The notes under the pieces: generated by a model
Told to the model about the DNA's origin: nothing
What the model saw: only the letters and a program-made list of their open reading frames with translations
The model's database searches: none
IMG/VR virus record: IMGVR_UViG_2703718827_000004
Location: 1 to 16,495 of that record
Reading direction: 5' to 3' (one strand)
DNA: 16,495 bases
Origin: a virus
Taxonomy: Duplodnaviria > Heunggongvirae > Uroviricota > Caudoviricetes
Position numbers and translations under genes: made by a program
Shown here: positions 1-6,891 of the stretch, one piece after another
Layout of the letters: each line of letters starts with the position of its first letter
Numbering within the stretch: the stretch's first letter is position 1

Positions 1-185
1 TTCTCTTCCTCAAGCGACTTCAGGCGCTTAACTTCAGGCACCTCCATACCGCCATACTTCTTACGCCAGGTGTAAAACGTGGCATCGGAAATGGCATGCT
101 TGCGGCAGAGTTCACGGGCGGGTACCCCAGCTTCGGCTTCGCGGAGAATACTGATGATCTGTTCGTCGGAAAAACGCTTCTTCAT
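1..185 (-). CDS. IS3-family transposase OrfA, N-terminal 61 codons (3' end outside window)
   Basis: Reverse-complement translation from ATG (complement of 183-185) gives MKKRFSDEQIISILREAEAGVPARELCRKHAISDATFYTWRKKYGGMEVPEVKRLKSLEEE: an HTH followed by the start of the leucine-zipper region characteristic of IS3-family OrfA. A GAGGA Shine-Dalgarno lies about 8 nt upstream. Confidence 0.85.
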   Translation of the reverse strand, partial: MKKRFSDEQIISILREAEAGVPARELCRKHAISDATFYTWRKKYGGMEVPEVKRLKSLEEE

Positions 186-256
186 GGGGATGTCCTCATG
201 TGGCTTATGAAGACATTACTAACATCGGGGTGTACTAATCAACGGGGAGCAGGTCA
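1..256 (-). mobile_element. IS3-family insertion sequence, terminal portion only (element continues beyond the window start)
   Basis: Minus strand encodes the N-terminus of an IS3-family OrfA. Upstream of its start, the minus-strand sequence reading inward from position 256 is TGACCTGCTCCCCGTTGATTAG..., which resembles the TGA-initiated terminal inverted repeat typical of IS3-family elements. The other end is outside the window, so the boundary at 256 is inferred. Confidence 0.6.
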
Positions 257-680
257 TGATAGTTCGGCCTGTCGTTACAATCCTCTTTTTTCGGTACATA
301 TTTCCAGTCACCAGACCACTACTTCCCCTGAAAGTCCGTAACGCCTTTTTTCACGTAGCGATATCGCCATGCCACTGGTTTTGCTTGCCCCGCCGTTTCA
401 TGCCCTTCCTGATAATTAATCTCGCTCATTCATCGCCCCACTCATCACAATATGCTTCGACCGGAGTTTTTCCCGCTTCATAGTCATCACGCTAGGATTC
501 GACATCAGCAGCACTTCCACCGCGTAACTCACCATAGTCCATTAATAGTTCATCCCGCTCTTCAAAACTGATGTTATATTTAGCTGAACAAAAATCAGCC
601 ACTTTGTTCTTCCTCATCGTCTTTTATTTCGTGGTATGAGTAATTGCAGTAGTTAAAGAAAATTTCTTATGCTCCGTCAT

Positions 681-688
681 GAATTTCC
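681..688. repeat. Left copy of 8-bp target-site duplication GAATTTCC flanking the IS66-family element
   Basis: GAATTTCC at 681-688 directly abuts the GTAAGCG element terminus at 689. The identical octamer occurs at 3221-3228, directly after the other terminus. Confidence 0.7.
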
Positions 689-773
689 GTAAGCGTAAAC
701 TGACCGCCGTATGTAGCCATCAGACGAGAATTGGTAACTTAGACGCCCATCTGATATAGACGGACATCTAAGT

Positions 774-1199
774 ATGGAATTACAGGACTGGCGAAAAGAA
801 CCTCGTAAAAACTATTCGAATGAATTCAAACTTCGTATGGTGGAACTGGCATCACAACCTGGAGCTTGTGTTGCACAGATTGCACGTGAAAATGGCGTCA
901 ATGATAATGTTATTTTCAAATGGCTCAGGCTCTGGCAGAACGAAGGGCGTGTTTCGCGGCGTCTTCCGGTAACGACCTCTTCTGACACTGGCGTTGAATT
1001 ATTACCTGTAGAAATAACGCCGGATGAGCAGAAAGAACCTGTGGCGGCCATTGCGCCGTCTTTATCCACTTCCACTCAGACCAGAGTCAGTGCCAGTTCC
1101 TGCAAGGTGGAATTCCGTCACGGTAACATGACGCTGGAAAATCCATCGCCAGAGCTGCTCACAGTGTTGATCCGTGAACTGACCGGGAGGGGAAGATGA
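774..1199 (+). CDS. tnpA: IS66-family accessory protein TnpA (orf1)
   Basis: 141-aa ORF inside the element, first of three co-oriented ORFs. Its stop overlaps the tnpB start (ATGA). Start codon choice is uncertain because the upstream RBS is weak. Confidence 0.8.
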   Translation: MELQDWRKEPRKNYSNEFKLRMVELASQPGACVAQIARENGVNDNVIFKWLRLWQNEGRVSRRLPVTTSSDTGVELLPVEITPDEQKEPVAAIAPSLSTSTQTRVSASSCKVEFRHGNMTLENPSPELLTVLIRELTGRGR

Positions 1200-1546
1200 T
1201 CTCACTCCCATCAGGTACCCGTATCTGGCTCGTTGCCGGCGTTACCGATATGCGTAAATCCTTCAACGGACTGGGAGAACAGGTACAACATGTGCTGAAT
1301 GATAATCCCTTCTCCGGTCACCTGTTTATCTTCCGTGGCCGACGGGGTGACACCGTCAAAATTCTTTGGGCTGATGCTGATGGTCTGTGCCTGTTCACCA
1401 AACGCCTGGAGGAAGGCCAGTTTATCTGGCCTGCGGTACGTGACGGCAAGGTATCCATTACCCGCTCGCAACTGGCAATGCTCCTCGATAAGCTGGACTG
1501 GCGTCAGCCAAAAACATCCAGCCGTAACTCACTGACAATGTTGTAA
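1196..1546 (+). CDS. tnpB: IS66-family Orf2 protein TnpB
   Basis: 116-aa ORF beginning MISLPSGTRIWLVAGVTDMRKSFNGL, the characteristic IS66 Orf2 N-terminus. Strong GGGAGGGGAAG RBS; translationally coupled to tnpA through an ATGA overlap. Confidence 0.9.
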   Translation: MISLPSGTRIWLVAGVTDMRKSFNGLGEQVQHVLNDNPFSGHLFIFRGRRGDTVKILWADADGLCLFTKRLEEGQFIWPAVRDGKVSITRSQLAMLLDKLDWRQPKTSSRNSLTML

Positions 1547-1576
1547 AAAACTCCTGACCGCATTATAAAAACGGTC

Positions 1577-3190
1577 ATGAGTCAGAAATACCTCATTCGC
1601 ATCGCAGAGCTGGAAAGGTTGCTCTCTGAGCAGGCTGAAGCCCTCCGTCAGAAAGACCAGCAACTGAGTCTGGTTGAAGAGACGGAAGCCTTCCTGCGCT
1701 CTGCACTGACACGTGTCGAAGAAAAGATCGAAGAAGATGAACGGGAAATAGAACATCTGCGGGCTCAGATAGAAAAACTGCGCCGGATGCTGTTCGGTAC
1801 CCGTTCTGAAAAACTGCGTCGTGAAGTTGAACTGGCTGAGGCTCTGCTGAAACAACGTGAACAGGACAGCGATCGTTACAGTGGGCGGGAAGACGATCCT
1901 CAGGTTCCCCGCCAGTTGCGACAGTCGCGCCATCGTCGTCCGTTACCGGCACACCTTCCCCGTGAAATACACCGCCTGGAGCCAGAAGAAAGCTGTTGCC
2001 CGGAGTGTGGCGGTGAGCTGGATTATCTGGGGGAAGTCAGCGCTGAACAGCTGGAACTGGTGAGCAGTGCCCTGAAAGTGATCCGCACAGAACGGGTAAA
2101 AAAAGCCTGTACAAAATGTGACTGTATTGTTGAAGCACCGGCGCCGTCCCGCCCGGTAGAGCGTGGTATCGCGGGCCCCGGATTACTTGCCCGCGTGTTA
2201 ACGGGAAAATACTGCGAACATCTGCCACTGTATCGTCAGAGTGAAATCTTTGCCCGCCAGGGTGTCGAACTGAGCCGGGCCTTACTCTCCAACTGGGTTG
2301 ACGCGTGCTGCCAGTTAATGACACCGGTGAATGATGCCCTGTACCGTTATGTAATGAACACCCGCAAGGTTCACACTGATGACACACCGGTAAAGGTACT
2401 GGCACCGGGTCAGAAAAAGGCGAAAACAGGGCGTATCTGGACGTATGTCCGGGATGATCGCAATGTGGGTTCGTCATCTCCTCCAGCGGTCTGGTTCGCG
2501 TACTCGCCGAACCGGCAGGGGAAACACCCGGAGCAACACCTCCGCCCCTTCCGGGGTATCCTGCAGGCGGATGCGTTCACAGGTTACGACAGGTTGTTCA
2601 GTGCAGAACGTGAAGGTGGTGCACTGACAGAAGTTGCGTGCTGGGCCCATGCCCGGCGAAAAATCCACGATGTATACATCAGCAGCAAAAGTGCGACGGC
2701 AGAAGAAGCCCTGAAGCGAATCAGTGAACTGTACGCCATCGAGGATGAAATACGGGGATTACCGGAGTCAGAGCGTCTTGCCGTCAGGCAGCAGCGAAGC
2801 AAAGTGTTACTGACGTCGCTGCATGAATGGATGGTGGAGAAGAATGGTACGCTGTCGAAAAAATCCAGACTGGGCGAAGCGTTCAGCTATGTACTGAATC
2901 AGTGGGATGCCCTCTGTTATTACAGTGATGACGGTCTGGCGGAGGCGGATAATAATGCTGCGGAAAGAGCGCTTCGTGCAGTCTGTCTCGGAAAGAAAAA
3001 CTTTATGTTCTTTGGCAGCGATCACGGCGGCGAGCGTGGAGCACTGTTGTACGGGCTGATCGGCACCTGCCGTCTGAACGGTATCGATCCGGAAGCGTAT
3101 CTGCGCCATATCCTGAGCGTACTGCCGGAATGGCCTTCCAACCGAGTTGATGAACTCCTGCCATGGAACGTAGTACTCACCAATAAATAA
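1577..3190 (+). CDS. tnpC: IS66-family transposase TnpC (orf3)
   Basis: 537-aa ORF with an N-terminal coiled-coil/leucine-zipper-like region (LRAQIEKLRRMLFG), a zinc-finger-like CxxC...CxxC (CCPECGG...CTKCDC) and a DDE-type catalytic region. Size and order match IS66-family transposases. Confidence 0.9.
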   Translation: MSQKYLIRIAELERLLSEQAEALRQKDQQLSLVEETEAFLRSALTRVEEKIEEDEREIEHLRAQIEKLRRMLFGTRSEKLRREVELAEALLKQREQDSDRYSGREDDPQVPRQLRQSRHRRPLPAHLPREIHRLEPEESCCPECGGELDYLGEVSAEQLELVSSALKVIRTERVKKACTKCDCIVEAPAPSRPVERGIAGPGLLARVLTGKYCEHLPLYRQSEIFARQGVELSRALLSNWVDACCQLMTPVNDALYRYVMNTRKVHTDDTPVKVLAPGQKKAKTGRIWTYVRDDRNVGSSSPPAVWFAYSPNRQGKHPEQHLRPFRGILQADAFTGYDRLFSAEREGGALTEVACWAHARRKIHDVYISSKSATAEEALKRISELYAIEDEIRGLPESERLAVRQQRSKVLLTSLHEWMVEKNGTLSKKSRLGEAFSYVLNQWDALCYYSDDGLAEADNNAAERALRAVCLGKKNFMFFGSDHGGERGALLYGLIGTCRLNGIDPEAYLRHILSVLPEWPSNRVDELLPWNVVLTNK

Positions 3191-3220
3191 GCGTCAATAC
3201 GGTGCTCCGTTGACGCTTAC

Positions 3221-3228
3221 GAATTTCC
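3221..3228. repeat. Right copy of 8-bp target-site duplication GAATTTCC flanking the IS66-family element
   Basis: Identical to 681-688; immediately follows the right inverted repeat ending at 3220. Confidence 0.7.
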
Positions 3229-3579
3229 TCAGGTGTTGCGTCATCGTCCACTTCGAATACATCCTCAAAATCTCCACCAGCTATTCCCGTTTCAATAATA
3301 ATTTTGAACTTTCGCATTTCACTACCGCCCTTTCGGGCGGCCTCCTGATGTTCTGAGGGTGCAGAAATCCATCCGGTTAAGGATTAAATTTTATTTACAG
3401 AACTGAATTTAATTATTCAGATATACGTATCTGTAGCCTTACGAATCTACTCACTGGATGCCTCTTTCATAAAAATAATCCAGTGGGTTTTATCGTTTTT
3501 TCCCTGTTCGTTGACAGATAACAGGTTTTCTGTCTGTCAGTGCCAGAATCTGGCTTACTGGTATTTGCGTTTCATTCCA

Positions 3580-3936
3580 TTAAAAAATCAGAACGCCGTG
3601 CGGCCTCAACACCCGAAAGGCTTCTTTAAATCTCTGTCGCGAATCATCACGCCAGGCATCTTTATTCAGCCGTCCATATTTCTTTCCCATCCAGGCGTTA
3701 TCACCAACACTCTCAAGATGCGGAGGGTCTAATACAACCATCGAAAAAGATGCGTCTGCAAATGATAATGCACGAAAATCTGCGATAATGTCAGGGCTGA
3801 TAATCAAGCGTCTCCCATTGCGTAATGTGTATCCTTCTTTTCTGATATCGCTGAATATCGCCCGTTCGTCAGACTTATCGAACCAGAACATGCGGCTGCC
3901 ACAGCACATATCAAGAATGGTTGCCGGTGCACTCAC
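3580..3936 (-). CDS. Putative SAM-dependent amino-group (N6-adenine/N4-cytosine type) DNA methyltransferase, short form that is probably C-terminally truncated
   Basis: 118-aa ORF with a SAM-binding motif I-like ILDMCCGSRMFW near the N-terminus and a motif IV-like VLDPPH (D/N-PP-Y/F/H class) about 60 residues later. No target-recognition domain follows; all three frames downstream terminate within a few codons. GTG start overlaps the stop of the upstream ORF (GTGA). Confidence 0.5.
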   Translation of the reverse strand: MSAPATILDMCCGSRMFWFDKSDERAIFSDIRKEGYTLRNGRRLIISPDIIADFRALSFADASFSMVVLDPPHLESVGDNAWMGKKYGRLNKDAWRDDSRQRFKEAFRVLRPHGVLIF

Positions 3937-4355
3937 TGCGCCACGTCCTGAAAATTACCCTGATAGAAAGCCAGTATGCGCTGCATAACTTCGCTCTTCC
4001 GGCACTCGCGACAGATTATGTTTAGGCGACTGTCGTAGCGACGTATTTCTCCGTCAGGTGATGACCAGATAAGGTCCGGATCAACCACAGCAGGTTTCTT
4101 CACCTTTGCCCTCGAGAGTTTTTTGCGGGCGTTTTGCCAGTCCTTACGCGCCTGTTCAGAGGGGAATAACCCGTAGCCGGAGTTGTATACATCGCCACTG
4201 GCTACCAGCTCTCTGGCAAGAACGCTCATCAGATATCTAGTCGCACCTGTTTTAGCTTCCAGTTGCCGTAACGTCTCACGGCCGCTCTGGCGCACGAGTT
4301 CCACCACCTGCCATTTAATTTTTTCCCGCTCTTCTTGTGTAAAAACTTTTGCCAC
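3933..4355 (-). CDS. Hypothetical prophage early protein (140 aa), function unknown
   Basis: ORF with GTG start preceded by a strong AAGGGGGA Shine-Dalgarno; co-oriented with and translationally coupled to the downstream methyltransferase ORF. The N-terminal segment TLRQLEAKTGATRYLMSVLARELV is helix-turn-helix-like. No family recognised by inspection. Confidence 0.5.
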   Translation of the reverse strand: MAKVFTQEEREKIKWQVVELVRQSGRETLRQLEAKTGATRYLMSVLARELVASGDVYNSGYGLFPSEQARKDWQNARKKLSRAKVKKPAVVDPDLIWSSPDGEIRRYDSRLNIICRECRKSEVMQRILAFYQGNFQDVAQ

Positions 4356-4395
4356 AAGTCCCCCTTAAAATTACCTCATGACCTGAAATCAACAC

Positions 4396-5361
4396 TTATC
4401 CTCTGAAACCAGGCGGAATTTCTGTATCCGGTTCAGAAATATGATTAACACAACGCTGTACAGGTGAACGTCCCAGGCGGATGACCAGTTCGTCCCATTT
4501 TTCGCGGAGCTTTGACGGGCTCATGATGTTTTTTACCCAGAATGGATCTCGCTGAACCCGACCAAACATTTCGCAAATTTGTCTGTGGCTTCTGCCATCC
4601 AGCATCCGCATTGTGCGCACGTCATTGGCCCAGGCAGTCCAGTTAGGCTCTTTTGGTCGCATGATCTCGCCATCATCACTGGCTGCCTGTTCGTAGAGAC
4701 CCACGATCCGCCCCCAGATCCACTGCGCACACGCCAAATCCTCCCTGCTACCCCACTGGCGTTTTTTCGCACTAAACACAACCGCGTCGGAGTTCCGGGT
4801 TAAAAAATCCTGTTCAGTCGTCTGCGGGTCCGGTTGCGAAGCTTCCGGACGAAAAGTGTTTTTATTCTCTGTAGTAATCTCTGTTGTATTCTCTGTAAGA
4901 TCATCAGGCCATTTTGACCCGATGACATTGGGTCGTTTTGAACCAATGGAGCGTTTCATTTTGACCTCTTCCATCGTGTCATTTTGACCTGATGGAGCGG
5001 CGCATTTTGAACCGATGGATTCGCTCAATTTGCCACCATCTAAAAGCTCGCTCCCATAGTTGATCGTGTAGAAATTGGTCATATCGCGCTTTGATTTATT
5101 GAGCTTTTCACAACGCAAAAGCCCCAGCGTTTTCAGACTTGCAAACGCGCGCTTTAACGTTGACTCTGACCAGAATGGGAACTGTTCCAGCCATTGTTCC
5201 GTTGTGTTATAAATCCAGCGAACACCATCACATTCCATGCCGGAGTTGGTATCTCTCAACCAGTAGTGCAGTTGTTGCAAAACAATGGCTTCGTTTAAGC
5301 CAATTTTCATTGCCAGCTGCGTGTTTATAACCAGTGGGCGTTCAGCAAAAAGAAGGCTCAT
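4396..5361 (-). CDS. Phage replication initiation protein (lambda O-like replisome organiser with DnaT-like C-terminal domain)
   Basis: C-terminus ...VNHISEPDTEIPPGFRG closely matches my recollection of the E. coli DnaT C-terminus (...VNTVSEPDSQIPPGFRG). N-terminal region is wHTH-like. The central region contains direct DNA repeats (iterons) encoding repeated SIGSK/IGSK peptides. Start chosen at the internal Met (MSLLFAERP...), which has a GGATGGA RBS; the longest ORF would begin at 5415. Confidence 0.8.
   Translation of the reverse strand: MSLLFAERPLVINTQLAMKIGLNEAIVLQQLHYWLRDTNSGMECDGVRWIYNTTEQWLEQFPFWSESTLKRAFASLKTLGLLRCEKLNKSKRDMTNFYTINYGSELLDGGKLSESIGSKCAAPSGQNDTMEEVKMKRSIGSKRPNVIGSKWPDDLTENTTEITTENKNTFRPEASQPDPQTTEQDFLTRNSDAVVFSAKKRQWGSREDLACAQWIWGRIVGLYEQAASDDGEIMRPKEPNWTAWANDVRTMRMLDGRSHRQICEMFGRVQRDPFWVKNIMSPSKLREKWDELVIRLGRSPVQRCVNHISEPDTEIPPGFRG
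4867..4902. repeat. Three tandem 12-bp repeats (CTCTGTAGTAAT / CTCTGTTGTATT / CTCTGTAAGATC) adjacent to the iteron array
   Basis: Directly visible tandem repeats; on the coding strand they encode the repeated peptide TENTTEITTENK in the initiator linker region. Confidence 0.55.
4911..5023. repeat. Five direct repeats (iterons), consensus about CATTTTGA(C/A)C(C/T)GATGGAGCG, at 23-24 bp periodicity inside the replication initiator gene: putative prophage origin of replication
   Basis: TTTTGA cores begin at 4912, 4936, 4959, 4982 and 5005. Lambda-type origins also sit inside the O gene as iteron arrays. Confidence 0.6.
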
Positions 5362-5863
5362 AATTCCATCCAGCTTTTTGTTGGTATTGCTGTCGATACG
5401 CAAGTTTGAAAGCAATTGCTTTTTCTATAAGTTCGTCAGTTTCACGATCCACTACGGCAGGATCAGCAAAAAGCAGTCCGGACTCCACCACATCGCCATA
5501 TTCTTTGTTTAACCCGGCGATCATGCACGTGATGCTTTTTCCGTCAGTAATTTCACGATACAACCTGAAATCATTAATCCGGATAGCCTCCATAATTGCA
5601 GGCACTAGCGCCGTGAACTTTTCACGCTTATCCCTGGTGTCGATAGCCTTCCAGCGTTCAAATATCTTCACTCGATTAACGCCAAGCGCTCGCTGATCAA
5701 TCGCGCCACCTTCATATGTGACACGCTGAACATCGATGTTCGGGCGCTCTTTCAAAGCCCAGAATGCTTCAGTGATTAATATCGTCGCCTGCTCCTGTGT
5801 CATTCCTGGTCGACATATCCAGGCATCCAGAGCCTCACGAGCCTGTTCAGGAGTGATTTTCAT
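5342..5863 (-). CDS. Hypothetical prophage early protein (173 aa) in the cII/YdaT-like position between the cro-like gene and the replication gene
   Basis: ORF co-oriented with dicC and the replication gene; overlaps dicC by 17 nt and the replication gene by 20 nt, suggesting coupling. Start uncertain (alternative Met at 5803). Family assignment is positional only. Confidence 0.5.
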   Translation of the reverse strand: MKITPEQAREALDAWICRPGMTQEQATILITEAFWALKERPNIDVQRVTYEGGAIDQRALGVNRVKIFERWKAIDTRDKREKFTALVPAIMEAIRINDFRLYREITDGKSITCMIAGLNKEYGDVVESGLLFADPAVVDRETDELIEKAIAFKLAYRQQYQQKAGWNYEPSFC

Positions 5864-6077
5864 TGTTCAACCGCCCCGCCCGCTTCGTCTTACGATATTC
5901 ATCATAAACTTTGGGATCATACTGAAGCTCCCCGCCAGATGCCTCCTGTAGACGCATCGCGCGACCTTCGGGAACTAAATCCCCTTTCCAGCTATAAAGC
6001 GAAGCCAAACGAATACCTGCTGCTTGTGCAAGTTTTGTTTTTGAACCGAAATACAAAAGAGCGTCAGTTTTAAGCAT
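5847..6077 (-). CDS. dicC: Cro-like transcriptional regulator DicC
   Basis: 76-aa protein MLKTDALLYFGSKTKLAQAAGIRLASLYSWKGDLVPEGRAMRLQEASGG... matches my recollection of E. coli DicC; divergent from dicA with a short operator-containing spacer. Confidence 0.85.
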   Translation of the reverse strand: MLKTDALLYFGSKTKLAQAAGIRLASLYSWKGDLVPEGRAMRLQEASGGELQYDPKVYDEYRKTKRAGRLNNENHS

Positions 6078-6160
6078 TTAAAACACCTTTATTGTTAGTC
6101 ATAACTAACAAGATAGATGTTAACAAAAACATAGTCAATACGATTTAGCATTAGCTAACT
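6078..6160. promoter_or_regulatory. dicC-dicA divergent promoter/operator region (immunity switch)
   Basis: 83-bp spacer containing a perfect inverted repeat TTGTTAGT-CATA-ACTAACAA (6092-6111) and a second TTAGCATTAGCTAA element with a self-complementary TTAGCTAA octamer (6144-6158), sitting between divergent start codons. Confidence 0.6.
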
Positions 6161-6568
6161 ATGGAAACAAAAAATTTAACTATCGGCGAACGCATCAGGT
6201 ATCGTCGGAAAAACCTCAAACACACCCAAAGGTCTCTTGCTAAAGCCCTGAAAATCTCCCATGTGTCTGTATCACAATGGGAACGGGGTGATAGTGAACC
6301 TACAGGGAAGAACCTTTTTGCCCTCAGCAAAGTATTGCAATGCTCACCAACATGGATTCTATTTGGCGATGAAGACAAGCAACCAACACCACCTGTTGAG
6401 AAGCCAGTTGCCTTATCCCCCAAAGAACTAGAGCTCCTTGAGCTGTTTAATGCACTGCCAGAATCAGAACAGGATACCCAGCTCGCCGAAATGCGAGCTC
6501 GAGTAAAAAACTTCAATAAACTCTTTGAAGAATTACTAAAAGCCCGTCAGCGGACAAATAAAAGATAA
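6161..6568 (+). CDS. dicA: CI/C2-like HTH (XRE-family) repressor DicA
   Basis: 135-aa protein METKNLTIGERIRYRRKNLKHTQRSLAKALKISHVSVSQWERGDSEPTGKNLFALSKVL...; XRE-type HTH; matches my recollection of E. coli DicA. Confidence 0.9.
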   Translation: METKNLTIGERIRYRRKNLKHTQRSLAKALKISHVSVSQWERGDSEPTGKNLFALSKVLQCSPTWILFGDEDKQPTPPVEKPVALSPKELELLELFNALPESEQDTQLAEMRARVKNFNKLFEELLKARQRTNKR

Positions 6569-6600
6569 CATCATCAATGAGTTATCTTTTACCACATCAA

Positions 6601-6660
6601 TTATGTTAGCTATAGCATACAAAATCACTTGACCGATATGTTAGTCATGGCTAATCTTGT
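6601..6660 (+). promoter_or_regulatory. Putative promoter/operator of the ydfABC-dicF-dicB operon
   Basis: TTGACC (6629-6634), a 17-nt spacer, then TAATCT (6652-6657). The spacer contains TTAGTCATGGCTAA, an imperfect copy of the intergenic operator palindrome; a palindromic GCTATAGC lies at 6609-6616. Confidence 0.45.
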
Positions 6661-6734
6661 TTGCATCAACACACCGCACGGTGTTCTCAGCAAACAGTTC
6701 CGCTACCCCAGCGTTAAGGGGAAATGAGGTCAGC

Positions 6735-6890
6735 ATGGATACTATCGATCTTGGCAACAACGAATCTCTGGTGTACGGCGTGTTTCCAAACCAGGACGGC
6801 ACGTTCACCGCAATGACGTATACCAAAAGCAAAACGTTTAAAACCGAAAATGGTGCCCGTCGCTGGCTGGAAAGAAACTCAGGTGAGTGA
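6735..6890 (+). CDS. ydfA: Small prophage protein YdfA (51 aa)
   Basis: MDTIDLGNNESLVYGVFPNQDGTFTAMTYTKSKTFKTENGARRWLERNSGE; GAGG RBS 5 nt upstream; internal start within the longer six-frame ORF 6657-6890. Confidence 0.8.
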   Translation: MDTIDLGNNESLVYGVFPNQDGTFTAMTYTKSKTFKTENGARRWLERNSGE

Positions 6891-6891
6891 T

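Larger units (their letters stand above)
689..3220 (+). mobile_element. Complete IS66-family insertion sequence (three ORFs tnpA-tnpB-tnpC, imperfect terminal inverted repeats, 8-bp flanking duplication)
   Basis: Left end GTAAGCGTAAACTGACCGCCGTATGTA (from 689) and the reverse complement of the right end, GTAAGCGTCAACGGAGCACCGTATTGA (ending 3220), form imperfect inverted repeats of about 25 bp starting with GTAAGCG, as in the IS66 family. The three-ORF organisation and the 8-bp flanking direct repeat are typical of the family. Confidence 0.8.

Noticed and set aside
1529-1952. Minus-strand ORFs of 134 and 119 aa inside the IS66 tnpC region
   Set aside because: Entirely antisense to the well-supported tnpC reading frame and lacking RBS or recognisable motifs; typical shadow ORFs of a GC-rich coding region.
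2037-2802. Minus-strand ORF 2037-2477 (146 aa) and neighbouring short ORFs on both strands (2445-2627, 2474-2668, 2584-2802)
   Set aside because: All overlap tnpC in other frames or antisense; composition is Pro/Arg/Cys-rich, typical of out-of-frame translation.
3326-3341. Hairpin CCGCCC-TTTC-GGGCGG as an intrinsic terminator
   Set aside because: No U-run follows on either strand; reported instead as a possible translational structure.
3511-3732. Plus-strand 73-aa ORF
   Set aside because: Antisense to the methyltransferase ORF and its downstream spacer; no RBS and no recognisable domain.
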